Of a stretch of 63,909 bases of DNA, positions 1-9,818 are shown piece by piece; the first letter of the stretch is position 1, and every line of letters starts with the position of its first letter. The notes below the pieces were generated by a model. It was not told the origin of the DNA, ran no database searches, and saw only the letters and a program-made list of their open reading frames with translations. Position numbers and translations under genes: made by a program. The DNA comes from a virus (Duplodnaviria > Caudoviricetes): IMG/VR virus record IMGVR_UViG_3300017700_000715, positions 1-63,909 of that record; one strand, written 5' to 3'.

Positions 1-123
1 ACGTGGCAGACGACCATTAGCTACGCCGGCGCAAGCGGAGCCCTTTCAGCCGCTCTCGCCAATACGCCGACCGGCGCGGCGACGCTTATCCTTGAGGTTG
101 TCAGCGGGACCGTTCAGCTTGGA
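1..123. repeat. Terminal direct repeat copy 1 (circularisation overlap)
   Basis: Identical to 63787-63909; one ORF reads through the join in frame. Confidence 0.97.
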
Positions 124-645
124 GGCGTCGATCTTAAATCTTCCGCATCTGGCGTGAGGGTCAACAAGCTCTGCGCCTCCGGCTCGGCAAGCAATTCATG
201 GAGTCTTGCTGCCTCTTCAAATTCTCAGTGGCGTTCTCGCATAAATGAACTCGGCGCGAAACTTCACATCATCGGCCTGCAGACGAACGACCAGGGTGCG
301 GGGTTTGACCCTGATGCGGCCTACACGACGCAGATGGGCAATATCATCACGGCACTACGTCTCGCTGATCCTTACTGTGATATTTTGCTTACCTCGCCTC
401 CCGAGAACCAACGTGTTGCCAACGCCTTCCCAATGAGCCGCTATACGGCAGCGACGCGGGCCCTTGCAAACGCGCAAAACTGCGCCCATTTGGATCACCA
501 ATTCAACTTTGGGGTGTTACCGGCAGACTATGCTTGGGCTAACGCGGCGCGGCAATGGATGAACTCCGATCTGATCCATCCCGTGACGGCTACCGGCGGG
601 GCCATTTTAACCGATGCCGTTCTCGAAACGTTGAGGCCGCGCTGA
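1..645 (+). CDS. SGNH/GDSL hydrolase, C-terminal part (gene starts at 63223)
   Basis: GLQTND (block III) and DLIHP (block V); in frame with the GDSW-containing ORF starting at 63223. Confidence 0.8.
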   Translation, partial: TWQTTISYAGASGALSAALANTPTGAATLILEVVSGTVQLGGVDLKSSASGVRVNKLCASGSASNSWSLAASSNSQWRSRINELGAKLHIIGLQTNDQGAGFDPDAAYTTQMGNIITALRLADPYCDILLTSPPENQRVANAFPMSRYTAATRALANAQNCAHLDHQFNFGVLPADYAWANAARQWMNSDLIHPVTATGGAILTDAVLETLRPR

Positions 646-791
646 CCCCACCGCTAGTATTTAGGAAAGCGATGAAACTGACCCTTCCCGAAGTGCTGCA
701 CCCCACCACCCGTAGCAAGGGTGATACACATTTACAATTTTACACAAGCATCACCGATCCAAGATGATCGGACCAACCAACGGAGACTATA

Positions 792-1163
792 ATGCCTGGA
801 TATGTTCGTCGTGGTCGTTCGCTTGCCGCTCTTGGCTCGTTCATTCGCACTCAGCAGGTCGCTAAAGCTGTAACGGCTTTTGCAGGTGGTGGTAAAGCTA
901 ACGGCGTGCCTGTCACGTCTGGCATCACCATTGCAACTGTCGTGGCGACTGCTGGTGACTCTATTCTTCTGCCTTCACCCAAGGCTGGTGACGTTTATTG
1001 GGTCATCAATCGTGGCGCGAATGCTTGCCAGTTGTTTGCCGCTGGTACCGCGACGATTAATGGCGCTGCGACGGGTACTGGTATCTCTCTGCCTGCCGCG
1101 GATGCTGTTTTGTTGGCTTGTGTGGCTGATGGCGCTTACCTTGGTCAGATCATCACTGCTTGA
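792..1163 (+). CDS. Small Ala/Gly-rich putative virion accessory protein
   Basis: GGAG RBS; beta-rich composition; located in head module. Confidence 0.55.
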   Translation: MPGYVRRGRSLAALGSFIRTQQVAKAVTAFAGGGKANGVPVTSGITIATVVATAGDSILLPSPKAGDVYWVINRGANACQLFAAGTATINGAATGTGISLPAADAVLLACVADGAYLGQIITA

Positions 1164-1177
1164 TTTTAGGAGTCGTT

Positions 1178-2548
1178 ATGAAGCGAACCATTGACCGGGC
1201 ACAATCTGACGTCTACACGGTCGAGAAGCTCGGTCGCACTCAGGAGATTACCCCCGAGGGTTTTCTCCTGTGTCGCGACGTGCCAATCGCACGTGTAGGT
1301 GAGATGTTGTATGCTCCTGGCGAAGTACCGGTAAGGCCAGGTAAGGATTTCATCTCTAGGGTTAGTCGTGATGAGGCCGTGCTTCTGCATGTTGATACTC
1401 TCGCGTCCTTCGAAGGTAAGGCGGTCACGATTGACCACCCCAATGAAGATGTTAACCCAGACAATTGGGAAGAGCTTGCTAAAGGCTTTGCCCGCAACGT
1501 TCGAGTAGGTGAGGGTGATCAAGCAGGCCATATGGTCGCTGATCTTCTCATCACTTCTCGAAAGGCAATTGCGCAGGTCCGCGATGGTCTGCGTGAGGTG
1601 TCTCTCGGATACGACGCCGAATATGAAGATCTTGGCGGAGGATTTGGGAGGCAGATCAGGATCACCGGCAATCACGTGGCCTTAGTGCTAAGTGGCCGGT
1701 GCGGACCAATGTGCTCAATCGGAGATAGCGATATGAAGACGAGGGACAAGTCCCAAAAGACTACGGACCGCAAGGCTTGGTCCGACCGACTGCGTGGTTA
1801 TTTCTTGACCCGTGACGAAGATGGTTTCGTCAAGGAGCTTGAAGGCGCGCCTGACGTTGCTGAGATCGACGGCGACGACAAGACCCACAATATCACGATC
1901 AACCTGCAGGGTGCTGCTCCGGCAGCTGGTCCTGTAGAAGCCGCTGCTGCTGTTGGAGAAGTTGCTGCTCCTGCAGATCCAATGGCTGCAGTCATGACGA
2001 TGCTCGAGTCAATCAATACTCGACTATCTGCTCTTGAGGGTGTCAAGGCTGATCCTGATCCGGTCGACGAAGACGATGATGTCATCGACGAAGACGATGA
2101 TGACGACGAGACGACCAAGGACAAGAAGACTGTCGACTCGAACAAGAAGACCAAGGACAGTTCCTCGTTGCAGGAGCAGTTCACGGAAACCTTGGCTCGT
2201 GCCGAGATCCTCTCGCCTGGCATCAAGCTGCCGACGTTCGATCGCAAGGCTGATTTCAAGCAGACTTTCGACTCGATCTGCGGTCTGCGTCGTCGTGCTC
2301 TCTCGAAGGTCTCCGATGACCATCGTGAGCTCATCGCTCCTGTCCTCGAAGGACTGGATCTGAAGAAGGCAACTTGCGACTCGATCAAGCATGTCTTCAT
2401 CGCCGCCTCTGAGCTTGCTCGGAAGTCCACCAACGATCATCAGTTCAAGGTTACTCGTCCTGTCAAGGATAGCAGTGCCAAGAACATTCCGACGATCGCT
2501 GAGATCAACAAGAAGAACCGTGAGGCTTGGGACAAGAAGACGTCCTAA
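1178..2548 (+). CDS. DUF2213 prohead protease/scaffold
   Basis: TPEGFL..DVPIARVG, VTIDHP, EVSLGYDA, GNHVALV..GRCG motifs; acidic C-terminal scaffold; AGGAG RBS before ATG 1178. Confidence 0.85.
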   Translation: MKRTIDRAQSDVYTVEKLGRTQEITPEGFLLCRDVPIARVGEMLYAPGEVPVRPGKDFISRVSRDEAVLLHVDTLASFEGKAVTIDHPNEDVNPDNWEELAKGFARNVRVGEGDQAGHMVADLLITSRKAIAQVRDGLREVSLGYDAEYEDLGGGFGRQIRITGNHVALVLSGRCGPMCSIGDSDMKTRDKSQKTTDRKAWSDRLRGYFLTRDEDGFVKELEGAPDVAEIDGDDKTHNITINLQGAAPAAGPVEAAAAVGEVAAPADPMAAVMTMLESINTRLSALEGVKADPDPVDEDDDVIDEDDDDDETTKDKKTVDSNKKTKDSSSLQEQFTETLARAEILSPGIKLPTFDRKADFKQTFDSICGLRRRALSKVSDDHRELIAPVLEGLDLKKATCDSIKHVFIAASELARKSTNDHQFKVTRPVKDSSAKNIPTIAEINKKNREAWDKKTS

Positions 2549-2586
2549 CAGTCGCACAATTCCCAAATCTCTCGGAGAGAAAATCA

Positions 2587-3069
2587 ATGGTCGCTTACAA
2601 GTATAGGATCCCTGCGGGTATCCCGGGCGCGGTCAATCGTACTGGCCAGTCCACCATCGAAGCTCAGGTCTTCGATGCCGCGTTCCCCGTGCTTCTGTAC
2701 GGTGTGCCGGTCAAGATCGTGTCGGGTCTCGTCCGTCCGATCGCCTCGGGTGACGCTGCGTCGCTCGTCTATGGCTTCCTCGCTCGTCCCTATCCGGCGA
2801 ATTCCAGCCAGGATGGTCTCGGTGTTGGTGTCCCGGTGGTTTCTGCCATCGCCGATGTCATGCGTCGTGGCTACATGACGGTGAAGCTGAACAACGTGAC
2901 CGCGGCCACCAAAAACGGTGCGGTTTACGTTCGCAATGCCAACGCTGGTGCGGGTACGCCCATCGGTGGTCTTGAAGCCGGCGCGACTGACACCGTGCTC
3001 ATCCCGGGCGCGTATTTCATGGGCCCTGCTGACGCCGACGGCAACGTCGAAATCGCTTACAACATCTGA
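2587..3069 (+). CDS. Capsid decoration/cement protein
   Basis: Lies between protease and major capsid gene; PAGIPG...RRGYMTV...GNVEIAYNI pattern; GGAG RBS. Confidence 0.7.
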   Translation: MVAYKYRIPAGIPGAVNRTGQSTIEAQVFDAAFPVLLYGVPVKIVSGLVRPIASGDAASLVYGFLARPYPANSSQDGLGVGVPVVSAIADVMRRGYMTVKLNNVTAATKNGAVYVRNANAGAGTPIGGLEAGATDTVLIPGAYFMGPADADGNVEIAYNI

Positions 3070-3086
3070 ACGAGGACAGCTCAGAC

Positions 3087-4154
3087 ATGACCAAGACTGT
3101 ACTTCTCCCTGGTCTGGGTGCGGGCCTCGTTGCCCTCTCCAAGCCGGCCATCATCAGGGCGCGTACTCGCGACAATATGATGACCTTCGACTCGCGAACG
3201 GTCGACTCGACCGGCTCGTTCCTGGTCGGCGAACTGGAGCGTCTCGATCCGACGCTTCATGATCCGCTGGTCTCTGTCACCTGGTCGCGTGATATCGACC
3301 TGCGTGAGGACGTCACGATCGCAGATGAGGTTTCCTCGTTCACGAACAACTCGTTCGCTGCGGCTGGTGGCATTAACCCCACTGGTAAGGCGTGGATCGG
3401 TAAAGAGTCGAATGCCATCACTGGCATCGCGCTCGATATCGGCAAGACAGCCAATCCCCTCTATCTCTGGGGCATGGAAGTCTCGTTCACGCTGCCTGAG
3501 CTCGAGTCTGCGATCAAGCTTGGTCGTCCGATTGATACTTCCAAGCTTGACGGTCTCAAGCTCAAGCACAACATGGACACCGACGAGATGGTGTACGTGG
3601 GTGATACGACCGTCGGCAAGACTGGCCTGGTCAATTCGTCCGCGGTCACCAACATTGCGGCTGTTGCAAACGGTGCTGGTGGCACTCCTCAGTGGTCGAC
3701 CAAGGACCCGGATGAAATCCTCGCGGATGTCAACGAGCTCCTGTCGTCTGTCTGGGAAGCTTCGGGCTGGGCGGTCATTCCGACCGAGCTCCGCCTGCCT
3801 CCGCAGCAGTACAGCTACCTGGTTGCCCAGAAGAACTCTTCGGCTGGCAACATCTCGATCCTGAAGTACCTCGAGGAGAACAACCTCTCGGGTTCGAATG
3901 GTCAGCGCCTGAATATTCAGCCTCTTAAGTGGCTGATTGGTCGTGGCGTTGGTGGTACGCCGGGTGTCCTGAACACGGTCGATCGTATGATCGCCTATAC
4001 GAAGGATCCCAGCCGAGTTCGTTACCCCATGACTCCGCTGCAGCGCACTCCGATCGAGTATCGCTCGATTTGGCAGACCACGACCTACTTCGGTCGTCTG
4101 GGTGTCATGGAGTTCGTCTATCCGGAGACCCTGGGTTATCGCGACGGTATCTAA
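3087..4154 (+). CDS. Major capsid protein (DUF2184 type)
   Basis: FLVGELERLD..L..PL...TW.RDI start, YPETLGYRDGI end; 355 aa; position; strongly biased codon usage. Confidence 0.88.
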   Translation: MTKTVLLPGLGAGLVALSKPAIIRARTRDNMMTFDSRTVDSTGSFLVGELERLDPTLHDPLVSVTWSRDIDLREDVTIADEVSSFTNNSFAAAGGINPTGKAWIGKESNAITGIALDIGKTANPLYLWGMEVSFTLPELESAIKLGRPIDTSKLDGLKLKHNMDTDEMVYVGDTTVGKTGLVNSSAVTNIAAVANGAGGTPQWSTKDPDEILADVNELLSSVWEASGWAVIPTELRLPPQQYSYLVAQKNSSAGNISILKYLEENNLSGSNGQRLNIQPLKWLIGRGVGGTPGVLNTVDRMIAYTKDPSRVRYPMTPLQRTPIEYRSIWQTTTYFGRLGVMEFVYPETLGYRDGI

Positions 4155-4169
4155 TCGTCCCAGTAGCTC

Positions 4170-4195
4170 ATGCCCCTCGTGAAAGCGAGGGGCAT
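4170..4195 (+). terminator. Stem-loop after major capsid gene (terminator or mRNA stabiliser)
   Basis: atgcccctcg-tgaaag-cgaggggcat; no U-tract. Confidence 0.5.
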
Positions 4196-4231
4196 CGTCG
4201 ATTGGGAAGACCACTCAAGGAGAACTACAGA

Positions 4232-4936
4232 ATGGGCTATCTTTCTCTCAAGCAGCCAATCACAGTCATTTTTGATGACGGCACTCGTCGTTCATTTTCG
4301 CCAGGTGTGAACAAAGATGTCACCAAGGATCAGTCTGAGCACTGGTACGTGAAGGCAGCTGGTGGTGAGTACTTCGACAAGATCGAAGACGCTCATAAGA
4401 ATGCTCCTGAGATGAAGAATGTTGTCGCGGCGCGTCGTGCTGAGTGGGAACAGGCTACCAGGGCAGCTATGCTTGCTGCAATCAATTCTGAGACCCTTCG
4501 CAAGGACCTTGTGGCTCTTGAGAAGGAAATGGGGGTCGACACCAAGAAGGCAGATGCTGTCTTCAAGGAAACTCTGAAGGATGAGGAAGATCGCATGACC
4601 AAACTTCGTAGTGAAGCTGAAGAGGCTGACGCCGTTCAGAAAGAAGAGGACACCAAGTCTGCCCTGACTCCGGCGGAAGCCGAAGTTGTTGCCGCTGGTT
4701 CCGCAGAAGTGGCCAACACTGAGATGGATGGCCCGGCCAAGGCTGAGGCTGATCAGGCCGCTGAGGAAGGTGGCAAGACCATCATTGGTGATCGGGCAGT
4801 TGTTCCTGGCACTCCTGAGGCGAAGACTGCCCAGAAGGTTGAGGACAACAAGAAGGATGAAGCAGCCAAGAAGGTTGAGGCTTCCAAGCCTGCTCCCACG
4901 ACTGCGACTACCCAGGGTGCGTCCACCAAGAAGTGA
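4232..4936 (+). CDS. Hypothetical head-associated protein with Ala/Glu/Lys-rich tail
   Basis: AAGGAG RBS before ATG 4232 (ORF-track start is too far upstream); HWYVKA motif. Confidence 0.6.
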   Translation: MGYLSLKQPITVIFDDGTRRSFSPGVNKDVTKDQSEHWYVKAAGGEYFDKIEDAHKNAPEMKNVVAARRAEWEQATRAAMLAAINSETLRKDLVALEKEMGVDTKKADAVFKETLKDEEDRMTKLRSEAEEADAVQKEEDTKSALTPAEAEVVAAGSAEVANTEMDGPAKAEADQAAEEGGKTIIGDRAVVPGTPEAKTAQKVEDNKKDEAAKKVEASKPAPTTATTQGASTKK

Positions 4937-4944
4937 GTTGATCA

Positions 4945-5343
4945 ATGGCCACGAGCGTGACGCCCGCAACATTTCGGGCCAATTTCCCCGAATTTACGGA
5001 CGCCACGAAATATCCTGACACTCAGGTGAATTTCTGGATTGGTTACGCTGATACGTTGCTCTACGATCTTTGTCGTTGGAGCACGATGCGTGATTACGGT
5101 ATCCAGCTCGTGGTTGCTCACCAACTGGCTCTTGCCGCTCGCAATGCAGCGGCCGGAGCTGGTGGTGGTTCTCCGGGATCTACCGCGGGAGCCGTTTCCA
5201 GCAAGTCTGTTGGTGGAGTGTCAGTCAGTTACGACACTGGTGCAGCGATTCTTGCCAACGGAGGCTACTGGAATTTGACGTCCTACGGTATTCAGTTCTG
5301 GCAACTTGCCATGCTTGTAGGCATTGGAGGATTTCAGTTGTGA
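4945..5343 (+). CDS. Head-tail adaptor (DUF4054)
   Basis: FRANFPEF...YPD, L.VAH.L, SKSVGGVSVSYD, W.LT.YG..F. Confidence 0.85.
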   Translation: MATSVTPATFRANFPEFTDATKYPDTQVNFWIGYADTLLYDLCRWSTMRDYGIQLVVAHQLALAARNAAAGAGGGSPGSTAGAVSSKSVGGVSVSYDTGAAILANGGYWNLTSYGIQFWQLAMLVGIGGFQL

Positions 5344-5858
5344 ATGAGAAGCTTAGCGGAGTCAAAACCACCGTCGATAAAGTCGATAGTGTAGTTGACT
5401 CAGTTAGGAGTCTTGTTGAGCGTGAGATCCTTGTGGGTATTCCAGCATCAACAGCAGGAAGAGCAGTTGAGCCTGGAGATGAACCCATTGATAATGCTAC
5501 CATCGGATATCTGATGGAATTCGGTTCACCAGCTGCTAATATTCCTGAGAGACCTTTCTTGGTTCCAGGAGTTAGATCAGCTGAAGATGCTATTGCTAAG
5601 CGCTTAAAAAGCGCAGCAGAAGCTGCTCTTAAGGTTCAACCTGCGGCTGTAGACATTCAGATGAATGCGGCAGGTCTTATAGCACAAAATGCAGTGCGCC
5701 AGAAAATCACTGACGGTCCATTTGTGCCACTTGCACCAAGAACTCTTGCAGAACGCAAGAGTCGTGGCCGAACGGGCATTAAACCTCTAATCGATACTGG
5801 TCAACTTCGTCGGTCAGTAACCTACGTCATCAGGGACTCAGACGATGCCTCTTCTTGA
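5340..5858 (+). CDS. Neck/tail-completion protein
   Basis: EFG....IPERPFL and KPLIDTGQLRRSVTY motifs. Confidence 0.75.
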   Translation: MNEKLSGVKTTVDKVDSVVDSVRSLVEREILVGIPASTAGRAVEPGDEPIDNATIGYLMEFGSPAANIPERPFLVPGVRSAEDAIAKRLKSAAEAALKVQPAAVDIQMNAAGLIAQNAVRQKITDGPFVPLAPRTLAERKSRGRTGIKPLIDTGQLRRSVTYVIRDSDDASS

Positions 5859-6219
5859 CGTCACTGAAGTTCTTCTTGATCCTATGTTTCAAGACACCAG
5901 CCTTGTCGCTAGACGTGAGACTGAGACCGTTGGTCTTAACGGTATGGCAGTTTTCACACCCACAACGTTTAGCTTTGCCGGCGTTGTAGTTCAAGCTTCT
6001 GGAGAACAACTTCAAAGACTTGAAAATGGTACTCGACATGCTGACAGCATAGACATCTACACGTTGGAGAATTTGATAGACGGTCAGCAAGGTCTAACGG
6101 CTGACGTGGTCATATGGCAAGGTAATGAATACACCGTTGCCAAGGTACTTGACTGGTCGACTTACGGTCGTGGATTTAAGCATGTGATCTGTGATCTCCG
6201 CAACCTGATACCATCATGA
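5845..6219 (+). CDS. Head closure protein
   Basis: MPLLDVTEVLLDP start; D.V.W.G.EY.V motif; position. Confidence 0.65.
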   Translation: MPLLDVTEVLLDPMFQDTSLVARRETETVGLNGMAVFTPTTFSFAGVVVQASGEQLQRLENGTRHADSIDIYTLENLIDGQQGLTADVVIWQGNEYTVAKVLDWSTYGRGFKHVICDLRNLIPS

Positions 6220-6227
6220 GTTGATCA

Positions 6228-6824
6228 ATGCCGAATACAAGCGCGACAGGCGGATACCTCGCTCCGGCATCAATCGCTCCATCATATGATACCCCTCTGG
6301 ATCTCCAGATACAATCTTTGGTAACTGGTATAACCGGGATTATCGGTAGTTTAGTCAGACCTCGGTGGCAACCGCGCCCTCCAGCACAACCTGATCGTGA
6401 AGTGACTTGGTGTGCCATCGGGATCATCGAAATCAACACAGAATTTGGGCATCATATAAAGCACAATTCAACCGGGGAGGGTAGCGATGAGGCGGAAACG
6501 TTCGAGACTCTCGAGCTCCTTACTTCTTTCTATGGTCCGCAAAGCAGCGGAATGGCCGCTCTTCTCCGGGACGGATTGTGGATTGCGCAAAACCGTGAAG
6601 CGATGCGTGCCAACGGGTTGGCTCTTGTTGACGTTCGACGCATCACCCACGTCGGAGAGTTAGTGAACCAAGAATACATACGCCGAGCTGATCTACCAAT
6701 TGTGCTTCGTCGTAACGTGTCTCGGACATATCCCATTCTGAACCTGCTGCAGGCTCAGATCGAACTGCAGTCCCTCAACGGGGATCAGCTGCGCATTCAG
6801 AATTTTCTTGTACCGGAGAGCTGA
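6228..6824 (+). CDS. Neck/tail terminator protein
   Basis: TSATGGYL, LVRPRWQP.PP, SFYGP motifs; directly precedes sheath gene. Confidence 0.7.
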   Translation: MPNTSATGGYLAPASIAPSYDTPLDLQIQSLVTGITGIIGSLVRPRWQPRPPAQPDREVTWCAIGIIEINTEFGHHIKHNSTGEGSDEAETFETLELLTSFYGPQSSGMAALLRDGLWIAQNREAMRANGLALVDVRRITHVGELVNQEYIRRADLPIVLRRNVSRTYPILNLLQAQIELQSLNGDQLRIQNFLVPES

Positions 6825-6827
6825 GAC

Positions 6828-8627
6828 ATGGCCAAAGGCCTCGCAATCACCAATATCGTCAATGTTAGCATTGTCATCTCGCCAATTGCTGCACCGACTC
6901 GTAACTTCGGTGCAGCTCTGGTAGTCGGTGCTTCTGATGTCATCGATGTTGGCGAGCGTATTCGTCAGTATTCGAACATGGAAGGCGTGGCTCAGGAATT
7001 CACTTCGACTGATGTCGAATACCTGGCTGCTGAGAAGCACTTTGGACAGGTTCCGCAGCCTTCGACCATTTACATCGGTCGTTGGGCTCGTACCGCTACT
7101 CAGGCTCGACTTCGTGGTGGAGTTCTGACGCCTGCTGAACGTGCTCTTGGTAACTTTACACCAGTTTCAGCTGGCGCGCTTTTCATCGTCGTTGACGGTG
7201 TTCCTAAGACAGCTTCCGGCATCAATCTGACGGGTGTCACCAACCTGAATGGGGTTGCGGCGCTTGTCGATGCAGCCTTGACTGGTGCTTCTGTTGTCTG
7301 GGATGCTATCTCCAGCCGCTTTATCCTGGAGAGTGATACGACAGGCGTTGCTTCAAGCCTGTCTTACATGAGGGATCCTACGGCGTTCGGCAATATGGCC
7401 TTGTCTGGTCAGCCGGCTCCCAATGATACGTTCACGGTCAACGGGACCGTTGTGACTTTTGTCGCAAGTGGTGCGACTGGCAATCAGGTCAACATCGGTG
7501 TTAACGCGTCTGCGACGGCTGCTGCTCTTCAGACCTTCTTGGCTTCGAGTGTCGACGTTAACATCTCCAAGATGACCTATTCGGTTCTTGGAACGACCGT
7601 CTATGCTATCTCGGTCGTTACGGGGGCTCCTGGCAACGCATATACCTTGGCTAAGTCGGGTACCAACCTGACTGTGTCTGGTGCAACGCTTGCTGGTGGT
7701 ACCGGCGTTTCTGTCGCTGGTCTTCTCAAGGGTCTTTCGACGCAGTCTTCTGCTCCTGTCGCAGGTATTGCAGCTGAAACTTTGGTCAATGGCCTGATTG
7801 CCCTGGTCAATGCTTCTGGTGATTGGTATTCGGCCAATATCGCCGAACTCGGTGTTGATAACGCATCAATTCTTGCCGCGGCTGCTTATATTGAAGCTCA
7901 GGCCAAGAAGCGTGTCATGGGCATCACTATTCAGGACACTACTGTTCTGGATCCGACCATCACCAATGACATTGGTTCTCAGCTTTCTGACGCTGAATTC
8001 CGGAGGACTTACTCCCAGTACTCCAGCTCAAGTGGTCAGGCAATCTCGTCTTTCTTTGGACGAGCTTCGACGATTAACTTTGGGGCCAGCAATACTGCGC
8101 TGACCATGAAGTTCAAGCAGGAGCCTGGTGTCACTGCTGAAGTCTTGACGGAAAATCAGGCTCAGGCACTTCGTAACAAGCACGTCAATGTGTTTGTTGC
8201 TTACGACAATCAGACTTCCATCATCCAGGAAGGTGTTACGGCCAACGGATCCTTCTTCGATGAAGTTCAGGGTCTCGATTGGCTTGAGAATGCTGTTCAG
8301 ACAGCAGTCTACAACCTTCTCTATACCAGTTCCACGAAGGTTCCACAGACCGATGAGGGCACAAACCTCATCATCAACACCATCAATGAGGTGTTGATCC
8401 AGGCCGTCACCAATGGTCTTGTGGCTCCTGGCAAATGGAATGCGGCTGGCTTCGGTCAGCTCAAGCAGGGTGATCAGCTCTCCAAGGGCTTCTACACCTA
8501 TGCTCCGCCTGTCGCGACACAGAGTCAGGCGGATCGCGAGGCTCGCAAGAGTGTCCCCATCCAGGTCGCCGTTAAGTTGGCCGGTGCGGTCCACTTCGTC
8601 GATGTCATCATCAACGTCAACCGCTGA
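6828..8627 (+). CDS. Contractile tail sheath (DUF3383)
   Basis: [35 protein letters not shown] motifs; internal insertion domain. Confidence 0.88.
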   Translation: MAKGLAITNIVNVSIVISPIAAPTRNFGAALVVGASDVIDVGERIRQYSNMEGVAQEFTSTDVEYLAAEKHFGQVPQPSTIYIGRWARTATQARLRGGVLTPAERALGNFTPVSAGALFIVVDGVPKTASGINLTGVTNLNGVAALVDAALTGASVVWDAISSRFILESDTTGVASSLSYMRDPTAFGNMALSGQPAPNDTFTVNGTVVTFVASGATGNQVNIGVNASATAAALQTFLASSVDVNISKMTYSVLGTTVYAISVVTGAPGNAYTLAKSGTNLTVSGATLAGGTGVSVAGLLKGLSTQSSAPVAGIAAETLVNGLIALVNASGDWYSANIAELGVDNASILAAAAYIEAQAKKRVMGITIQDTTVLDPTITNDIGSQLSDAEFRRTYSQYSSSSGQAISSFFGRASTINFGASNTALTMKFKQEPGVTAEVLTENQAQALRNKHVNVFVAYDNQTSIIQEGVTANGSFFDEVQGLDWLENAVQTAVYNLLYTSSTKVPQTDEGTNLIINTINEVLIQAVTNGLVAPGKWNAAGFGQLKQGDQLSKGFYTYAPPVATQSQADREARKSVPIQVAVKLAGAVHFVDVIINVNR

Positions 8628-8638
8628 GGAACGGCCAA

Positions 8639-9103
8639 ATGGCATCTAATTCCTACTCTTTTGCTGACTGCCAGGCGGCCATTAAAGGTCCCAACGGGAG
8701 TTTCTCGATCGGCAACGGTGCTGGTGCTGCTGAAGAAGGCATCACCATCACTCAGAACGATGACAAGGGCAGCTTGACCATGGGCGCCGACGGTTCAGGC
8801 ATGCATTCACTGCATGTCTCGAAGGCTGGCATGGTCACTGTTCGGCTTCTGAAGACTTCACCTGTGAATGCTCTTCTGATGGATATGTATAACGCCGACA
8901 CCGCTTCGGCGGCCGTCTACGGTCAGAACACGATTACTCTTCGTGATCCGGCTCGTGGTGACGACATCGTTTGTCAGAATTGCGGTTTCCGCAAGGCTCC
9001 TGATATTTCGTTCGCCAAGGATGGCAATATTCATGAGTGGTCTTTCAACTCGCCCGTGATTGACTATACCCTGGGCGTTGGTACTCCTGCTGTGGTGATC
9101 TAA
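8639..9103 (+). CDS. Tail tube protein (DUF3277)
   Basis: YSF.D, EEGITI, MGADGSGMHS, LLKTSPVN; follows sheath gene. Confidence 0.82.
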   Translation: MASNSYSFADCQAAIKGPNGSFSIGNGAGAAEEGITITQNDDKGSLTMGADGSGMHSLHVSKAGMVTVRLLKTSPVNALLMDMYNADTASAAVYGQNTITLRDPARGDDIVCQNCGFRKAPDISFAKDGNIHEWSFNSPVIDYTLGVGTPAVVI

Positions 9104-9615
9104 TGCGTTCTTCGCATGAATTTGAAGTCGGAGCCTTTCAATATAAGGCCCGACCGATGGAGGCCCGGGCCCAGATCAACGTGGTGAGGCGTATTTCGCC
9201 TCTCCTCGTTGGCATGGTTCAGCCTGCAATTAATCAGTTGCAGGAAAAGGCCAAAGCTCAAGCAGCCATTGCTAAAGCAACGGGCACTGAGGCTCTTCCT
9301 GCTGACAAGATGACCATCCTCGATCTTGATATTTCCAAGGTCATTCCAGGTCTTCAATCGGCTATGAATATGCTTTCGAGCATGCCTGACGAAGATTTCG
9401 ACTACATCCAGGAGAATTGTCTCAAGCTTGTTGAGCGCCAGCGCTTGGGCGATACTGGATGGGTCAAGATCTGGAATACTGGAGCACGCCAGCCCCAATT
9501 CGATGACATCGAAGGTCATCAAATTCTCACTATTATGTTCAACGTGCTTAAGGTTGAGATTGGCCCTTTCTTCTCAGGTCTGATCTCAAACTTGATCGAA
9601 GGCGGTCAGACCTAA
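9103..9615 (+). CDS. Tail assembly chaperone
   Basis: Between tube and tape measure genes; in-frame slippery heptamer C CCT TTC at 9564-9570. Confidence 0.75.
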   Translation: MRSSHEFEVGAFQYKARPMEARAQINVVRRISPLLVGMVQPAINQLQEKAKAQAAIAKATGTEALPADKMTILDLDISKVIPGLQSAMNMLSSMPDEDFDYIQENCLKLVERQRLGDTGWVKIWNTGARQPQFDDIEGHQILTIMFNVLKVEIGPFFSGLISNLIEGGQT

Positions 9616-9815
9616 AGTATGATCCGGTCGCATTGCCAAATGATCTAGATTTCATCTGGCGTCCAATACTTCGCGGGTTGTGCAAATATGAGAGCTTGAT
9701 TGATTGTACCTTGTCGCTCATGGATTTCGCGGATATGAATGACGCGCTTGACGTGATGGATGAGAACACTCATCGAGCCCAAGCAGCTCAACAGGCAGCG
9801 AATAAGGAAAAGTGA
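9558..9815 (+). CDS. Tail chaperone extension in the -1 frame
   Basis: -1 frame is open from 9558 to 9815; RP..RGLC.YESL.D.TLSL.D pattern; no good RBS for its own TTG start. Confidence 0.65.
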   Translation, partial: DWPFLLRSDLKLDRRRSDLKYDPVALPNDLDFIWRPILRGLCKYESLIDCTLSLMDFADMNDALDVMDENTHRAQAAQQAANKEK

Positions 9816-9818
9816 TCC

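Noticed and set aside
1-123. Terminal repeat as a physical direct terminal repeat
   Set aside because: It falls in the middle of an ORF and has the size of an assembler overlap, so it most likely reflects circular assembly
3081-4972. Long antisense ORFs opposite capsid and neighbouring genes (also 1798-2587, 8028-8645, 25911-26669)
   Set aside because: Shadow frames caused by codon bias of the real genes; no RBS or recognisable motifs
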